From the NCBI GenBank assembly GCA_038259265.1, contig JBBSOY010000002.1:1-57877 (forward strand): a DNA stretch of 57,877 nt, read 5' to 3'. The stretch is from Minisyncoccia bacterium (lineage in GTDB: Bacteria; Patescibacteriota; Minisyncoccia; Phycocordibacterales; DATGWK01). Both the position numbers and the translations under genes were made by a program. A model generated the notes under the pieces. The model did not search any database, was not told the origin of the DNA, and worked only from the letters and a program-made list of their open reading frames with translations. Below are positions 34,576-42,401 of the stretch, piece after piece (positions within the stretch are counted from its first letter, which is position 1; every line of letters starts with the position of its first letter).

Positions 34576-35956
34576 ATTTCTGCACAATATCGTGTTCGCC
34601 GCGCTTGATGTCGAAACGGTCTGGGTCGCTGTCGAGATGAATGATGAGGCCCTGATTTTTAAATGTCGTGCCAATCGTATGTGCCATTTGAATCGCGCGT
34701 TTGCGAAGAGTCGTGTGAACGAAACGAGTTGAGCGAAGTTCGGCCAAATAGACAAGCGAATGAAGGGCACCAGTAATTCGGTTTGGCAGTTTGTAACCCA
34801 TCGGGATGTAGTACTGCAACTCTTCTTTTGAAACAGTTGAACCGTCGGATTTTTTAGATTTTTTGAGGCTCTCAATTTTCTTTTTTTGATCAGCGATAAA
34901 AGCAATAGCTTCGCCTCGAAATTTTTCTGGCAGTTCATTTAAATACCATTCTTCAAAACCGTGGCTCATGACAATGAGTGGCATGCGCTGGTTCACTGCT
35001 CGATGACGCTGAATGTCTCGAAAAGAACCGAAGTCGAGAAGAAATTCAAACTGCAGAGTGCCGCATTCGGCGAGTTCTTTTGGGAGCTCGGTTTTTGCTT
35101 TTCGTTCGAGCAAATGGTTTTTATATGTGGCAAGAGTTTTTGTATCGATATCGTTTCGGCTTACTTGGAAATCAACCGCAGCATCGTTGGTGTGATAATA
35201 CAAATCGTTCATCCAATTTTTATTGAAATTTTCAGTCGTTTCAAAACGGGGGTGGCCGAAAGAACTTGGATAGGCTTTTTTGAGCGCGGTTTCAATGACA
35301 TCGGCAACCTGACGAACTTCGGCGAGGGGATGATGTCGCAAACGCATGAGATGGTCCGCTGCCTGACGGAAGTTTGCATGCCAAGCAAGGTTGGTCGAAG
35401 CGCCCGACGGCAAAAAGCCGCGCATGATGTCGAAGGCGCGGGCCTTGATTGCTTTGAGGTAAATTTTTTCGTCCTCATTTTCGCTTCGAGGAAAACGAAT
35501 CTGAAGGTCGGCAATTAAAATTTCGAGGCCGCGCAAATAAAAAGCTCGCCATGATTCCAAAACTTCCGCAGACTCGGCCATGCCGATGGGATCAATAAAC
35601 GCCTGCTTGGCGAAGTCGATGTACCGGGTTGAGGCTTCCTGACCAGAATACAGAGGGAAATCCTGAATGGCCTTGGCGACAAGCATCGAAACACCTTCAA
35701 CAAAAATCGTACCGGTGCCGCAATCGCCAATCGACTTATGTCCGTAGCCCACATAAAAATTGGCCATGAAATTGTCCGAGCCTTTTGCGGCTAAAACTTT
35801 CAAATGACTTTTGATACCGCCGATCGAGCGGGAATGAAGGGCCTGTAGCATCGCCTCGGATTCTGGGCCAATCTGAGCGCCCGTATTTAAAATGAAGACA
35901 AAACCGCCGTTTGGAAGAGGAATTTCGGTGTGAACGATCGATTCGATGTTGCTCAT
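34574..35956 (-). CDS. thyX: long-form FAD-dependent thymidylate synthase (ThyX-like, fused pseudo-dimer)
   Basis: 460 aa. The first half has a ...SGQEASTRYIDF segment (resembling S-x-x-Q-x-S-Q-R-Y). The second half has FRDIQRHRAVNQR (RHR motif). It is flanked by glyA, tmk and dut. Confidence 0.55.
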   Translation of the reverse strand: MSNIESIVHTEIPLPNGGFVFILNTGAQIGPESEAMLQALHSRSIGGIKSHLKVLAAKGSDNFMANFYVGYGHKSIGDCGTGTIFVEGVSMLVAKAIQDFPLYSGQEASTRYIDFAKQAFIDPIGMAESAEVLESWRAFYLRGLEILIADLQIRFPRSENEDEKIYLKAIKARAFDIMRGFLPSGASTNLAWHANFRQAADHLMRLRHHPLAEVRQVADVIETALKKAYPSSFGHPRFETTENFNKNWMNDLYYHTNDAAVDFQVSRNDIDTKTLATYKNHLLERKAKTELPKELAECGTLQFEFLLDFGSFRDIQRHRAVNQRMPLIVMSHGFEEWYLNELPEKFRGEAIAFIADQKKKIESLKKSKKSDGSTVSKEELQYYIPMGYKLPNRITGALHSLVYLAELRSTRFVHTTLRKRAIQMAHTIGTTFKNQGLIIHLDSDPDRFDIKRGEHDIVQK

Positions 35957-36113
35957 TTTTTGTCTGATTTATGTACGAAGTTACACTAATGATCGCGGTT
36001 TGCGGATTGTGTGGTGTGACTTGGTATTGGTTTGTAAATGAAGTGGCTTTATTCTACTATAAGCTAGAAAATAAAGACTAAGCAAAAAACCTATCCCGAA
36101 TAATCTATCCTGA

Positions 36114-37310
36114 ATGAAAGCCATGAAAGCCATGAAAGACACTGAAATTTCCAAACTTATCAAAACCGAGCAGGCTCGTCAGAAAAAAGTCATCAATCTG
36201 ATCGCTTCGGAAAATTATGTTTCGGCGGACGTGCTTTCGGCGCTTGGTTCCGAACTCACGAACAAATATGCCGAAGGATATCCGGCGCATCGTTACTATG
36301 GCGGCAATGAAATTTCAGACAAAATCGAAATGCTTTGCCAAAAGCGAGCCCTTAAACTTTTTGGATTGAATGCAAAAGAATGGCATGTAAACGTTCAGGC
36401 ACTTTCTGGGTCGCCCGCAAATCTCGCGGTGTATGTCGCTTTGGTTTCGCCGCACGGAAAAATCATGGGCATGTCGCTCGACCAAGGCGGGCATTTGACC
36501 CACGGCCACAAAGTTTCAGCGACTGGTAAATTTTGGAATCAGATTCCGTATGGTGTGGACCGCAACACTGAAGTCCTCGATTACGAAGAAGTAAAAAAGA
36601 TTGCGCTTGAACATAAGCCAAATATTATCGTCGCTGGTTTCACTGCGTATCCTCGTGAAGTTGATTTTAAAAAGTTCCGGGAAATCGCCGATGCGTGCGG
36701 GGCATTTTTAATGGTCGACATGTCGCACGTGGCTGGGCTTGTAGCTGGTGGGGTATACCAGAGTCCCTTTGCATACGCAGATATTGTGACCACAACCGTG
36801 CACAAAACATTGCGGGGTCCACGAAGCGCCCTTATTTTTGCTCGAAAAGACGCTCGCGAGCTCGACCGAAAAATCGACAAAGCTGTTTTCCCCGGTCTTC
36901 AGGGCGGTCCTCATTTAAATCAAATTGCTGCCGTTGCGGTTGCTCTTAAAGAAGCGGCAACTCCAGCTTTCAAAAAATATGCGAAACAAGTTGTGAAAAA
37001 TGCCCAGGCGATGGCTGGTGAATTGCAGCGGCTTGGTTGGAAAATTATTTCCGGCGGCACGGATACGCACTTGATCCTTATGGATACCTGGATGAAAGAT
37101 AAGGGGCTGCCTGGCAAAGATGCGAGCGATCGTTTGGAGAAAGCGGGGATTATTGTGAATAAAAATACGATTCCATACGAAACTCGTTCGCCGTTTGATC
37201 CTTCCGGAATTCGCCTCGGCACCGCCGCAGAAACGACTCGCGGCCGCAAAGAAAAAGACATGATCGCTATTGCCAGAAAAATCGACGCAGTGTTACGAAA
37301 AAATAAATAA
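36114..37310 (+). CDS. glyA: serine hydroxymethyltransferase
   Basis: LIASENYVS...YAEGYP..RYYGG...HLTHGH...TTTVHKTLRGPR are canonical SHMT motifs including the PLP lysine. Three in-frame ATGs lie at 36114, 36123 and 36132. Confidence 0.95.
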   Translation: MKAMKAMKDTEISKLIKTEQARQKKVINLIASENYVSADVLSALGSELTNKYAEGYPAHRYYGGNEISDKIEMLCQKRALKLFGLNAKEWHVNVQALSGSPANLAVYVALVSPHGKIMGMSLDQGGHLTHGHKVSATGKFWNQIPYGVDRNTEVLDYEEVKKIALEHKPNIIVAGFTAYPREVDFKKFREIADACGAFLMVDMSHVAGLVAGGVYQSPFAYADIVTTTVHKTLRGPRSALIFARKDARELDRKIDKAVFPGLQGGPHLNQIAAVAVALKEAATPAFKKYAKQVVKNAQAMAGELQRLGWKIISGGTDTHLILMDTWMKDKGLPGKDASDRLEKAGIIVNKNTIPYETRSPFDPSGIRLGTAAETTRGRKEKDMIAIARKIDAVLRKNK

Positions 37311-37360
37311 TGAAAAATCGCATATACAATTAAGTCCACTACCATTTAAATAAAATAAGA

Positions 37361-38116
37361 ATGCCTGAAAAAAAATCTTCAACATCTGTAACATCAATCG
37401 TTTCGAAAAATGCGAGCAAGCCTAAAAAAGGAAAACTGATCGTCATCGACGGTATCGATGGTTCGGGAAAGGCGACTCAGGTTCGGCTGCTAGCGGAGCG
37501 GCTCAAAAAAGCCGGGGTGAAAATTAAAACCATTGATTTTCCTCGATATGGCGAAAATTTTTTCGGTACGCTTATTGGCGAATATTTGACCGGTGTGTAC
37601 GGAGATTTTATTGCTATGGATCCGCGTGTAGCTTCGGTTTTGTATGCGGGTGATCGCTTCGAGTCGAGCAAAAAAATTCGCCAGTGGTTGGATGACGGCT
37701 ATACCGTTCTTGCTGATCGTTATGTGAGTGCCAACCAAATTCATCAGGGTGGAAAAATTGATGATCCAAAACAAAGAAAAGATTTTTTGACTTGGCTCGA
37801 TCGCATGGAACATTCGGTTTTCGGAATCCCTCGACCAGATCTCGTTATCTACCTCGACGTGCCGTTTGAAGTCAGCAAAGAATGGTTGCAGGGCAAAATT
37901 GCTCAGCGCAAGAAATCATATTTGAAAGGAAAAAAAGACATTGCCGAAGACAACTTATTGCATCTTGAAAACTCTCGAAATGGCGCGCTCTATATGGCAA
38001 AAAACTATAAAAACTGGACGAAAATTGCCTGCTGTGACGGCATGGTCTGCATGCTGCCCGAACAGGTCCACGAAGAAGTTTTCAAAATTGTGAAAGGGAA
38101 GCTGAAAATCAAATAG
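37361..38116 (+). CDS. tmk: dTMP kinase
   Basis: LIVIDGIDGSGKATQ is the P-loop and ADRY is the DRY/H motif. It has an N-terminal ~25-aa Ser/Lys extension. Confidence 0.85.
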   Translation: MPEKKSSTSVTSIVSKNASKPKKGKLIVIDGIDGSGKATQVRLLAERLKKAGVKIKTIDFPRYGENFFGTLIGEYLTGVYGDFIAMDPRVASVLYAGDRFESSKKIRQWLDDGYTVLADRYVSANQIHQGGKIDDPKQRKDFLTWLDRMEHSVFGIPRPDLVIYLDVPFEVSKEWLQGKIAQRKKSYLKGKKDIAEDNLLHLENSRNGALYMAKNYKNWTKIACCDGMVCMLPEQVHEEVFKIVKGKLKIK

Positions 38117-38158
38117 TTGGCCGACCCCATAGTTCTCAAAGTTCAGTATAATTTACGT

Positions 38159-38587
38159 ATGTCTCTCACACTCAAAATCATCCGACTCGATAAAGATCTG
38201 CCAATGCCAACGTACTCATATCCTGGCGATGCAGCGTTTGATCTGACTGCAAGCGAAAAAATAACGCTTTTACCTGGCGAACGAGTGCAGATAAAAACGG
38301 GTTTAAAAATGGAAATTCCAGAGGGGTTTGTTGGCTTCATCTGGGATAAAAGTGGGCTGTCGCATAAATCTGGCCTCAAAACGCTCGGTGGCGTGGTTGA
38401 TTCTGGTTACAGAGGTGAAGTCATGGTTGGTATTATCAATCTTTCAAAAGATTCGTATATTTTCGAAAGGGGCAATAAGGTGGCTCAAATGTGTATTCAG
38501 AAAAAGGAAGTGGTAAATATCGTTGAAGTTGATGAAATTTCGGATACGGTACGTGGCTCGGGAGGATTTGGAAGCACCGGAAAATAG
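38159..38587 (+). CDS. dut: dUTP diphosphatase
   Basis: YPGDAAFDL, GVVDSGYRGE and the C-terminal RGSGGFGSTG are dUTPase motifs 1, 3 and 5. The start is taken at ATG 38159. Confidence 0.9.
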   Translation: MSLTLKIIRLDKDLPMPTYSYPGDAAFDLTASEKITLLPGERVQIKTGLKMEIPEGFVGFIWDKSGLSHKSGLKTLGGVVDSGYRGEVMVGIINLSKDSYIFERGNKVAQMCIQKKEVVNIVEVDEISDTVRGSGGFGSTGK

Positions 38588-38604
38588 GGGATAATATACA
38601 GAAG

Positions 38605-40353
38605 ATGAAAAATATCCGAGAAATAATTGCAGATGAGTTCAAAAAAATCGGCCTGGAAGTTTTGCCGGCTGATTTGGATTTGCCTAAAAATCTCGCAAAT
38701 GGCGATTTTTCTATTTTTATAAAAGATACAGCTGTCGATCCTTTAAAACTGCCGCTCGAAAAGATTTCAGGAGCAGAGACTCAATCGAACGAGCAAGCGC
38801 ATGAATACATTCAGTCAATTGAAGTTGCTGGTCGCTTTTTAAATATTCGTTTATCACCAAAATTTTTTGCAGATGTACTCAAAGAAAATCTTGCGTCCGG
38901 AGCGGCTGGGGTTGGATTTGGCCGAAATCAAAATCTCGCTGGCCAAAAAATTCTTATTGAATACACTGACCCGAATCCGTTTAAAGAACTCCATATCGGC
39001 CACATGATGAGCAATACGATTGGTGAATCGCTCTCGAGAATCATCGAATGGAATGGTGCGGATATTGTGCGTGCGTGTTATCAGGGCGATGTTGGGCCGC
39101 ATATTGCTAAGGCGATCTGGGGCATACAAAAGCTGGCGGCTGAACGACCAGCTGAAGAAAAAACCTTGGCTGAAAAAAGTGCTTTCATTGGCAACTCGTA
39201 TGTTGCTGGTTCTGCTGCGTATGAAGACGATTCAGAATCAAAAAAAGAAATCGATGTCATCAACAAAGCGATCTATGAAAAAACGGATTCGGAAATAAAC
39301 GACCTCTATACGTGGGGCAGAAAAGTCAGCCTCGATCGTTTTGAAGAAATTTACAAAAAGCTCGGCACCAAATTCGACTATTATTTTTTCGAAAGCGAAA
39401 CGGCGCCGCTCGGACTTTTTATTGTTGATGAACTTTTGGGTAAGGGAATTTTGGAAAAGAGCGACGGTGCGATTGTGTTTAAGGGTGAAAACTATGGTTT
39501 GCATACTCGAGTCTTTGTAAATTCCCAAGGCTTGCCGACCTACGAGACAAAAGAGCTCGGCCTCACGAAAATGAAGTTTGATCGGATCAATCCAGATCAG
39601 TCTATTGTCATTACCGGCAACGAACAAACTGATTATTATAAAGTCATCGTTAAAATTCTCGAATTCTACGACCATCGAGCAGGGAATCGCACGCGTCACA
39701 TTGGTCACGGCATGCTTCGTTTTGCTGAAGGAAAAATGTCGTCTCGAAAAGGCAACGTCGTGACCGGCGAATCGCTCATTGCTGATGTTGAAAAACGGGT
39801 TGCGGAAAAAATTCAGGAAAGAGATTTTTCTGCAGAAGACAAAGCTACAATCGCCGAAATTGTCGCTATTGCTGCCATTAAATATTCAATCCTCAAGCAA
39901 GCACCCGGCCGCGACATTATTTTTGATTTTGAAAAGTCACTTTCTTTTGAAGGTGACTCTGGTCCGTACCTTCAGTACACCCACGCTCGTATCTGCTCGA
40001 TCCTCCGAAAAGCCGAAGAAGAGGGAATTGTGGCGTCTGTTGGTGGTGTTATTGAAGATTCACAAAATGCCCCGAACTCTGCAAGTTTCGTCGAAGAGCC
40101 TGGCGAACTTGAGCATTTACTTATCCGAATGCCAGACGTTGTTGAACGAGCTCAAAAAGAATTAGCGCCACAGCTCATCGTGACGTACGTTACCCAGCTT
40201 GCTTCAGCTTTCAATTCGTACTACGCAAACAACACGATCCTCTGTGACGACAAAGATATTTCTGCGTACCGTGTCGCCCTTGCTTCAGCTGTGAAAAATG
40301 CTCTTGCGAGTGGTCTCTATCTCCTCGGCATCAAAGCGCCGCAGCGAATGTAG
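38605..40353 (+). CDS. argS: arginine--tRNA ligase
   Basis: PNPFKELHIGHM (HIGH) and a C-terminal ...YLLGIKAPQRM ending. 582 aa. Confidence 0.9.
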   Translation: MKNIREIIADEFKKIGLEVLPADLDLPKNLANGDFSIFIKDTAVDPLKLPLEKISGAETQSNEQAHEYIQSIEVAGRFLNIRLSPKFFADVLKENLASGAAGVGFGRNQNLAGQKILIEYTDPNPFKELHIGHMMSNTIGESLSRIIEWNGADIVRACYQGDVGPHIAKAIWGIQKLAAERPAEEKTLAEKSAFIGNSYVAGSAAYEDDSESKKEIDVINKAIYEKTDSEINDLYTWGRKVSLDRFEEIYKKLGTKFDYYFFESETAPLGLFIVDELLGKGILEKSDGAIVFKGENYGLHTRVFVNSQGLPTYETKELGLTKMKFDRINPDQSIVITGNEQTDYYKVIVKILEFYDHRAGNRTRHIGHGMLRFAEGKMSSRKGNVVTGESLIADVEKRVAEKIQERDFSAEDKATIAEIVAIAAIKYSILKQAPGRDIIFDFEKSLSFEGDSGPYLQYTHARICSILRKAEEEGIVASVGGVIEDSQNAPNSASFVEEPGELEHLLIRMPDVVERAQKELAPQLIVTYVTQLASAFNSYYANNTILCDDKDISAYRVALASAVKNALASGLYLLGIKAPQRM

Positions 40354-40467
40354 AATTTCACTAAAATATGAACGTTATTCACCCAATGCCAGAAGAACAA
40401 GTTATTCCATTTTGTATTTGAGGAAAACTTTATTTTTTCATGAATTGTGCTTCAGTACTTTTTATTG

Positions 40468-40998
40468 ATGTCAAAAAAAGAAGTTGTTGAAGGCACCGTT
40501 AATCCAGAAATTATTAAGGAAAAGATTTATATCGTTCGTGGTAAAAAAGTAATGGTTGATCGCGATTTAGCAATATTATACGAAGTTCCTACAAAGGCAC
40601 TTAATCAGGCAGTCAAAAGAAATTTAAAAAGATTTCCACCAGATTTCATGTTCAGATTGACCACTGAGGAAGAAGAATATGTGCGGTCACAATTTGTGAC
40701 CGCACATGCGAATAAAAACAGAGCCCGGGTTTCTGCCTTTACCGAACAAGGCATTGCTATGCTTTCAAGTGTACTTAAGAGCGAAAGGGCCATCGCTGTA
40801 AATATTCAGATCATAAGAATTTTCACCAAGATTCGGGAGATGGTCGATGCGTATAAAGAATTGCGAGAAAAAGTCGAAGAAATGGAGAAAAATAATGAGA
40901 CAAATTTCTCAGAGATATTCAGGATAATTCGCCACCTGATTCATGAAGAAAACACGCAAAATGATATAATTGGATTTAATACCAAAAATAATAATTAA
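40468..40998 (+). CDS. ORF6N (KilA-N-related) DNA-binding domain protein
   Basis: KIYIVRGKKVMVDRDLAILYEVPTKALNQAVKRNLKRFPPDFMFRLT...AFTEQGIAMLSSVLKSERA is the typical ORF6N signature. Confidence 0.8.
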   Translation: MSKKEVVEGTVNPEIIKEKIYIVRGKKVMVDRDLAILYEVPTKALNQAVKRNLKRFPPDFMFRLTTEEEEYVRSQFVTAHANKNRARVSAFTEQGIAMLSSVLKSERAIAVNIQIIRIFTKIREMVDAYKELREKVEEMEKNNETNFSEIFRIIRHLIHEENTQNDIIGFNTKNNN

Positions 40999-41001
40999 TC
41001 T

Positions 41002-41478
41002 ATGCGACACGCTACAAATTGTTTTCTCATCGATGACGAAAAAGGCACGATTCTGCTTTCGATGAAAAAGCGCGGTTTAGGGGTGGGAAAATGGAATGGA
41101 GCGGGTGGCAAAGTAGCTGAAGGTGAGACTGCACTCAAAACCGCGGCCAGGGAAGTGAAAGAAGAAATCGGCGTGGCGGTCAAAGCTGATGATTTGGAAA
41201 AAGTTGCCGAAATTATCTACACCAATCCCGATCCGAACTGGGGTATGAGCGTCGACGTTTTTATTGCCCGCAACTGGCGTGGCACACCGGAAGAAAGCGA
41301 AGAAATGAAACCCGAATGGTTTGAGCTTGAAGAAGTTCCGTATGGCCAAGCCTGGCCTGACCTCGTTCACTGGCTGCCGCGGCTGCTCGTTGGCGAAAAA
41401 CTCAAGGCAAATTTTGTATACAAAGAAGACGGCGAATTGCTCGATACGTTCGAGGTCGCAGTCGTGGATGGGTTCTAA
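41002..41478 (+). CDS. NUDIX hydrolase (MutT-like)
   Basis: Nudix box GGKVAEGETALKTAAREVKEEIGV. It starts 3 nt after the ORF6N stop. Confidence 0.8.
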   Translation: MRHATNCFLIDDEKGTILLSMKKRGLGVGKWNGAGGKVAEGETALKTAAREVKEEIGVAVKADDLEKVAEIIYTNPDPNWGMSVDVFIARNWRGTPEESEEMKPEWFELEEVPYGQAWPDLVHWLPRLLVGEKLKANFVYKEDGELLDTFEVAVVDGF

Positions 41479-41481
41479 CTA

Positions 41482-41510
41482 TTGACTTTTTATATAAAAT
41501 AAAGTTTAAT
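41482..41510 (+). promoter_or_regulatory. sigma70-type promoter of cassette 2
   Basis: TTGACT, a 17-nt spacer, then TTTAAT (or TAATAT at 19 nt). Confidence 0.45.
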
Positions 41511-41585
41511 ATACAAAGAATTCTTTGACCGCGAACTGTTCGTGGTTTTAGTAATCAGTGTTTTTTTCAAAAGGAGGATGACGCA

Positions 41586-41990
41586 ATGGTATCAAAAACC
41601 AGGACCCCATCAGAATGTATTAGCGCAGGACAGATTGGTCAGATCCAGGATCGGATCGGTACCGCTCTCCGAATGAGCGGTCTCCATAACGATCAGGTTC
41701 AACAAGTTCTCCAGACAAAGGGCCGAGGAGACCGGATGATCGAAGATATGATCACTGTGGTCCGCAAGTTCGTTGAGGCAAGGGCGAGCGAGATCGTCCG
41801 TCGGGTCAAGGTGGATCGCACTCTTCAACCCAAGGAGATGCTCGACGCTCTCGGTCGGAAACAGTACACCAATAAGGACGTGGTCAATACCATGCCCCGA
41901 GGCGAAGGTGAGGAAGTCGATGTCGTCTTCTTTAAGCCCGAGCCGGAGGAGTACACTCGGCCTGGCTTCATGAGCGGAACCGGATCATGA
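41586..41990 (+). CDS. cassette 2, upstream ORF (134 aa, paralogue of 33886-34305)
   Basis: Strong SD AAGGAGG. Conserved blocks shared with copy 1. Ends at TGA 41988-41990. Confidence 0.6.
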   Translation: MVSKTRTPSECISAGQIGQIQDRIGTALRMSGLHNDQVQQVLQTKGRGDRMIEDMITVVRKFVEARASEIVRRVKVDRTLQPKEMLDALGRKQYTNKDVVNTMPRGEGEEVDVVFFKPEPEEYTRPGFMSGTGS

Positions 41991-42219
41991 CAAAGCCCTC
42001 GAGCGCCGTAGCCTCAAGCCCGACCCCTATGCCCAAGCCCAGGCTAACAAGGAAGATCCTGCTTTCGCAGATGAGCGCCCCAACTGCAGTCAATGGAAGG
42101 ATGGTGACTCCTACCGCTTCGCCACGTTCAACCGTTGGCGCGGCAAGCGCGAGGTGAACGTCAACCGCGACGACTACGACTGGAGCGACGGCTGGTGGTT
42201 GTCCGGTGTTCCCAAGTAG
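41974..42219 (+). CDS. cassette 2, linker plus Trp-rich C-terminal module in the +1 frame (no start codon)
   Basis: AEPDHDKALERRSLKPDPYAQAQANKEDPAFADERPNCSQWKDGDSYRFATFNRWRGKREVNVNRDDYDWSDGWWLSGVPK. There is no ATG, GTG or TTG anywhere before the conserved block. The frame opens right after a TGA at 41971. Confidence 0.5.
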   Translation, partial: AEPDHDKALERRSLKPDPYAQAQANKEDPAFADERPNCSQWKDGDSYRFATFNRWRGKREVNVNRDDYDWSDGWWLSGVPK

Positions 42220-42311
42220 TTCTTGGGACTTTGTCACTGAGGTCTTTTGGACCCTTTGTTCTTAGTCCTTCGGCGATTTTCGCCACACGTATTCCAAACG
42301 TAAACAATGGA

Positions 42312-42337
42312 AGCCTCGATTTCGGTCGGGGCTTTTT
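42312..42337 (+). terminator. intrinsic terminator of cassette 2
   Basis: AGCCTCGA-tttcgg-TCGGGGCT followed by TTTTT. Confidence 0.6.
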
Positions 42338-42361
42338 CTTTGTCTGCTTTCTACCGCTCTT

Positions 42362-42390
42362 TTGCCAAAGTGCTTCAAAAACTGTACTAT
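42362..42390 (+). promoter_or_regulatory. candidate ileS promoter
   Basis: TTGCCA, a 17-nt spacer, then TACTAT, 11 nt before ATG 42402. Confidence 0.5.
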
Positions 42391-42401
42391 TCGAGCTACT
42401 T

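Noticed and set aside
42135-42401. The ORF track extends ileS 89 codons upstream (MARQARGERQ...).
   Set aside because: That stretch overlaps the cassette-2 coding end, its terminator and a good TTGCCA-17-TACTAT promoter. The text is Arg-rich out-of-frame noise. The canonical IleRS N-terminus begins at MADIHTK (42402).
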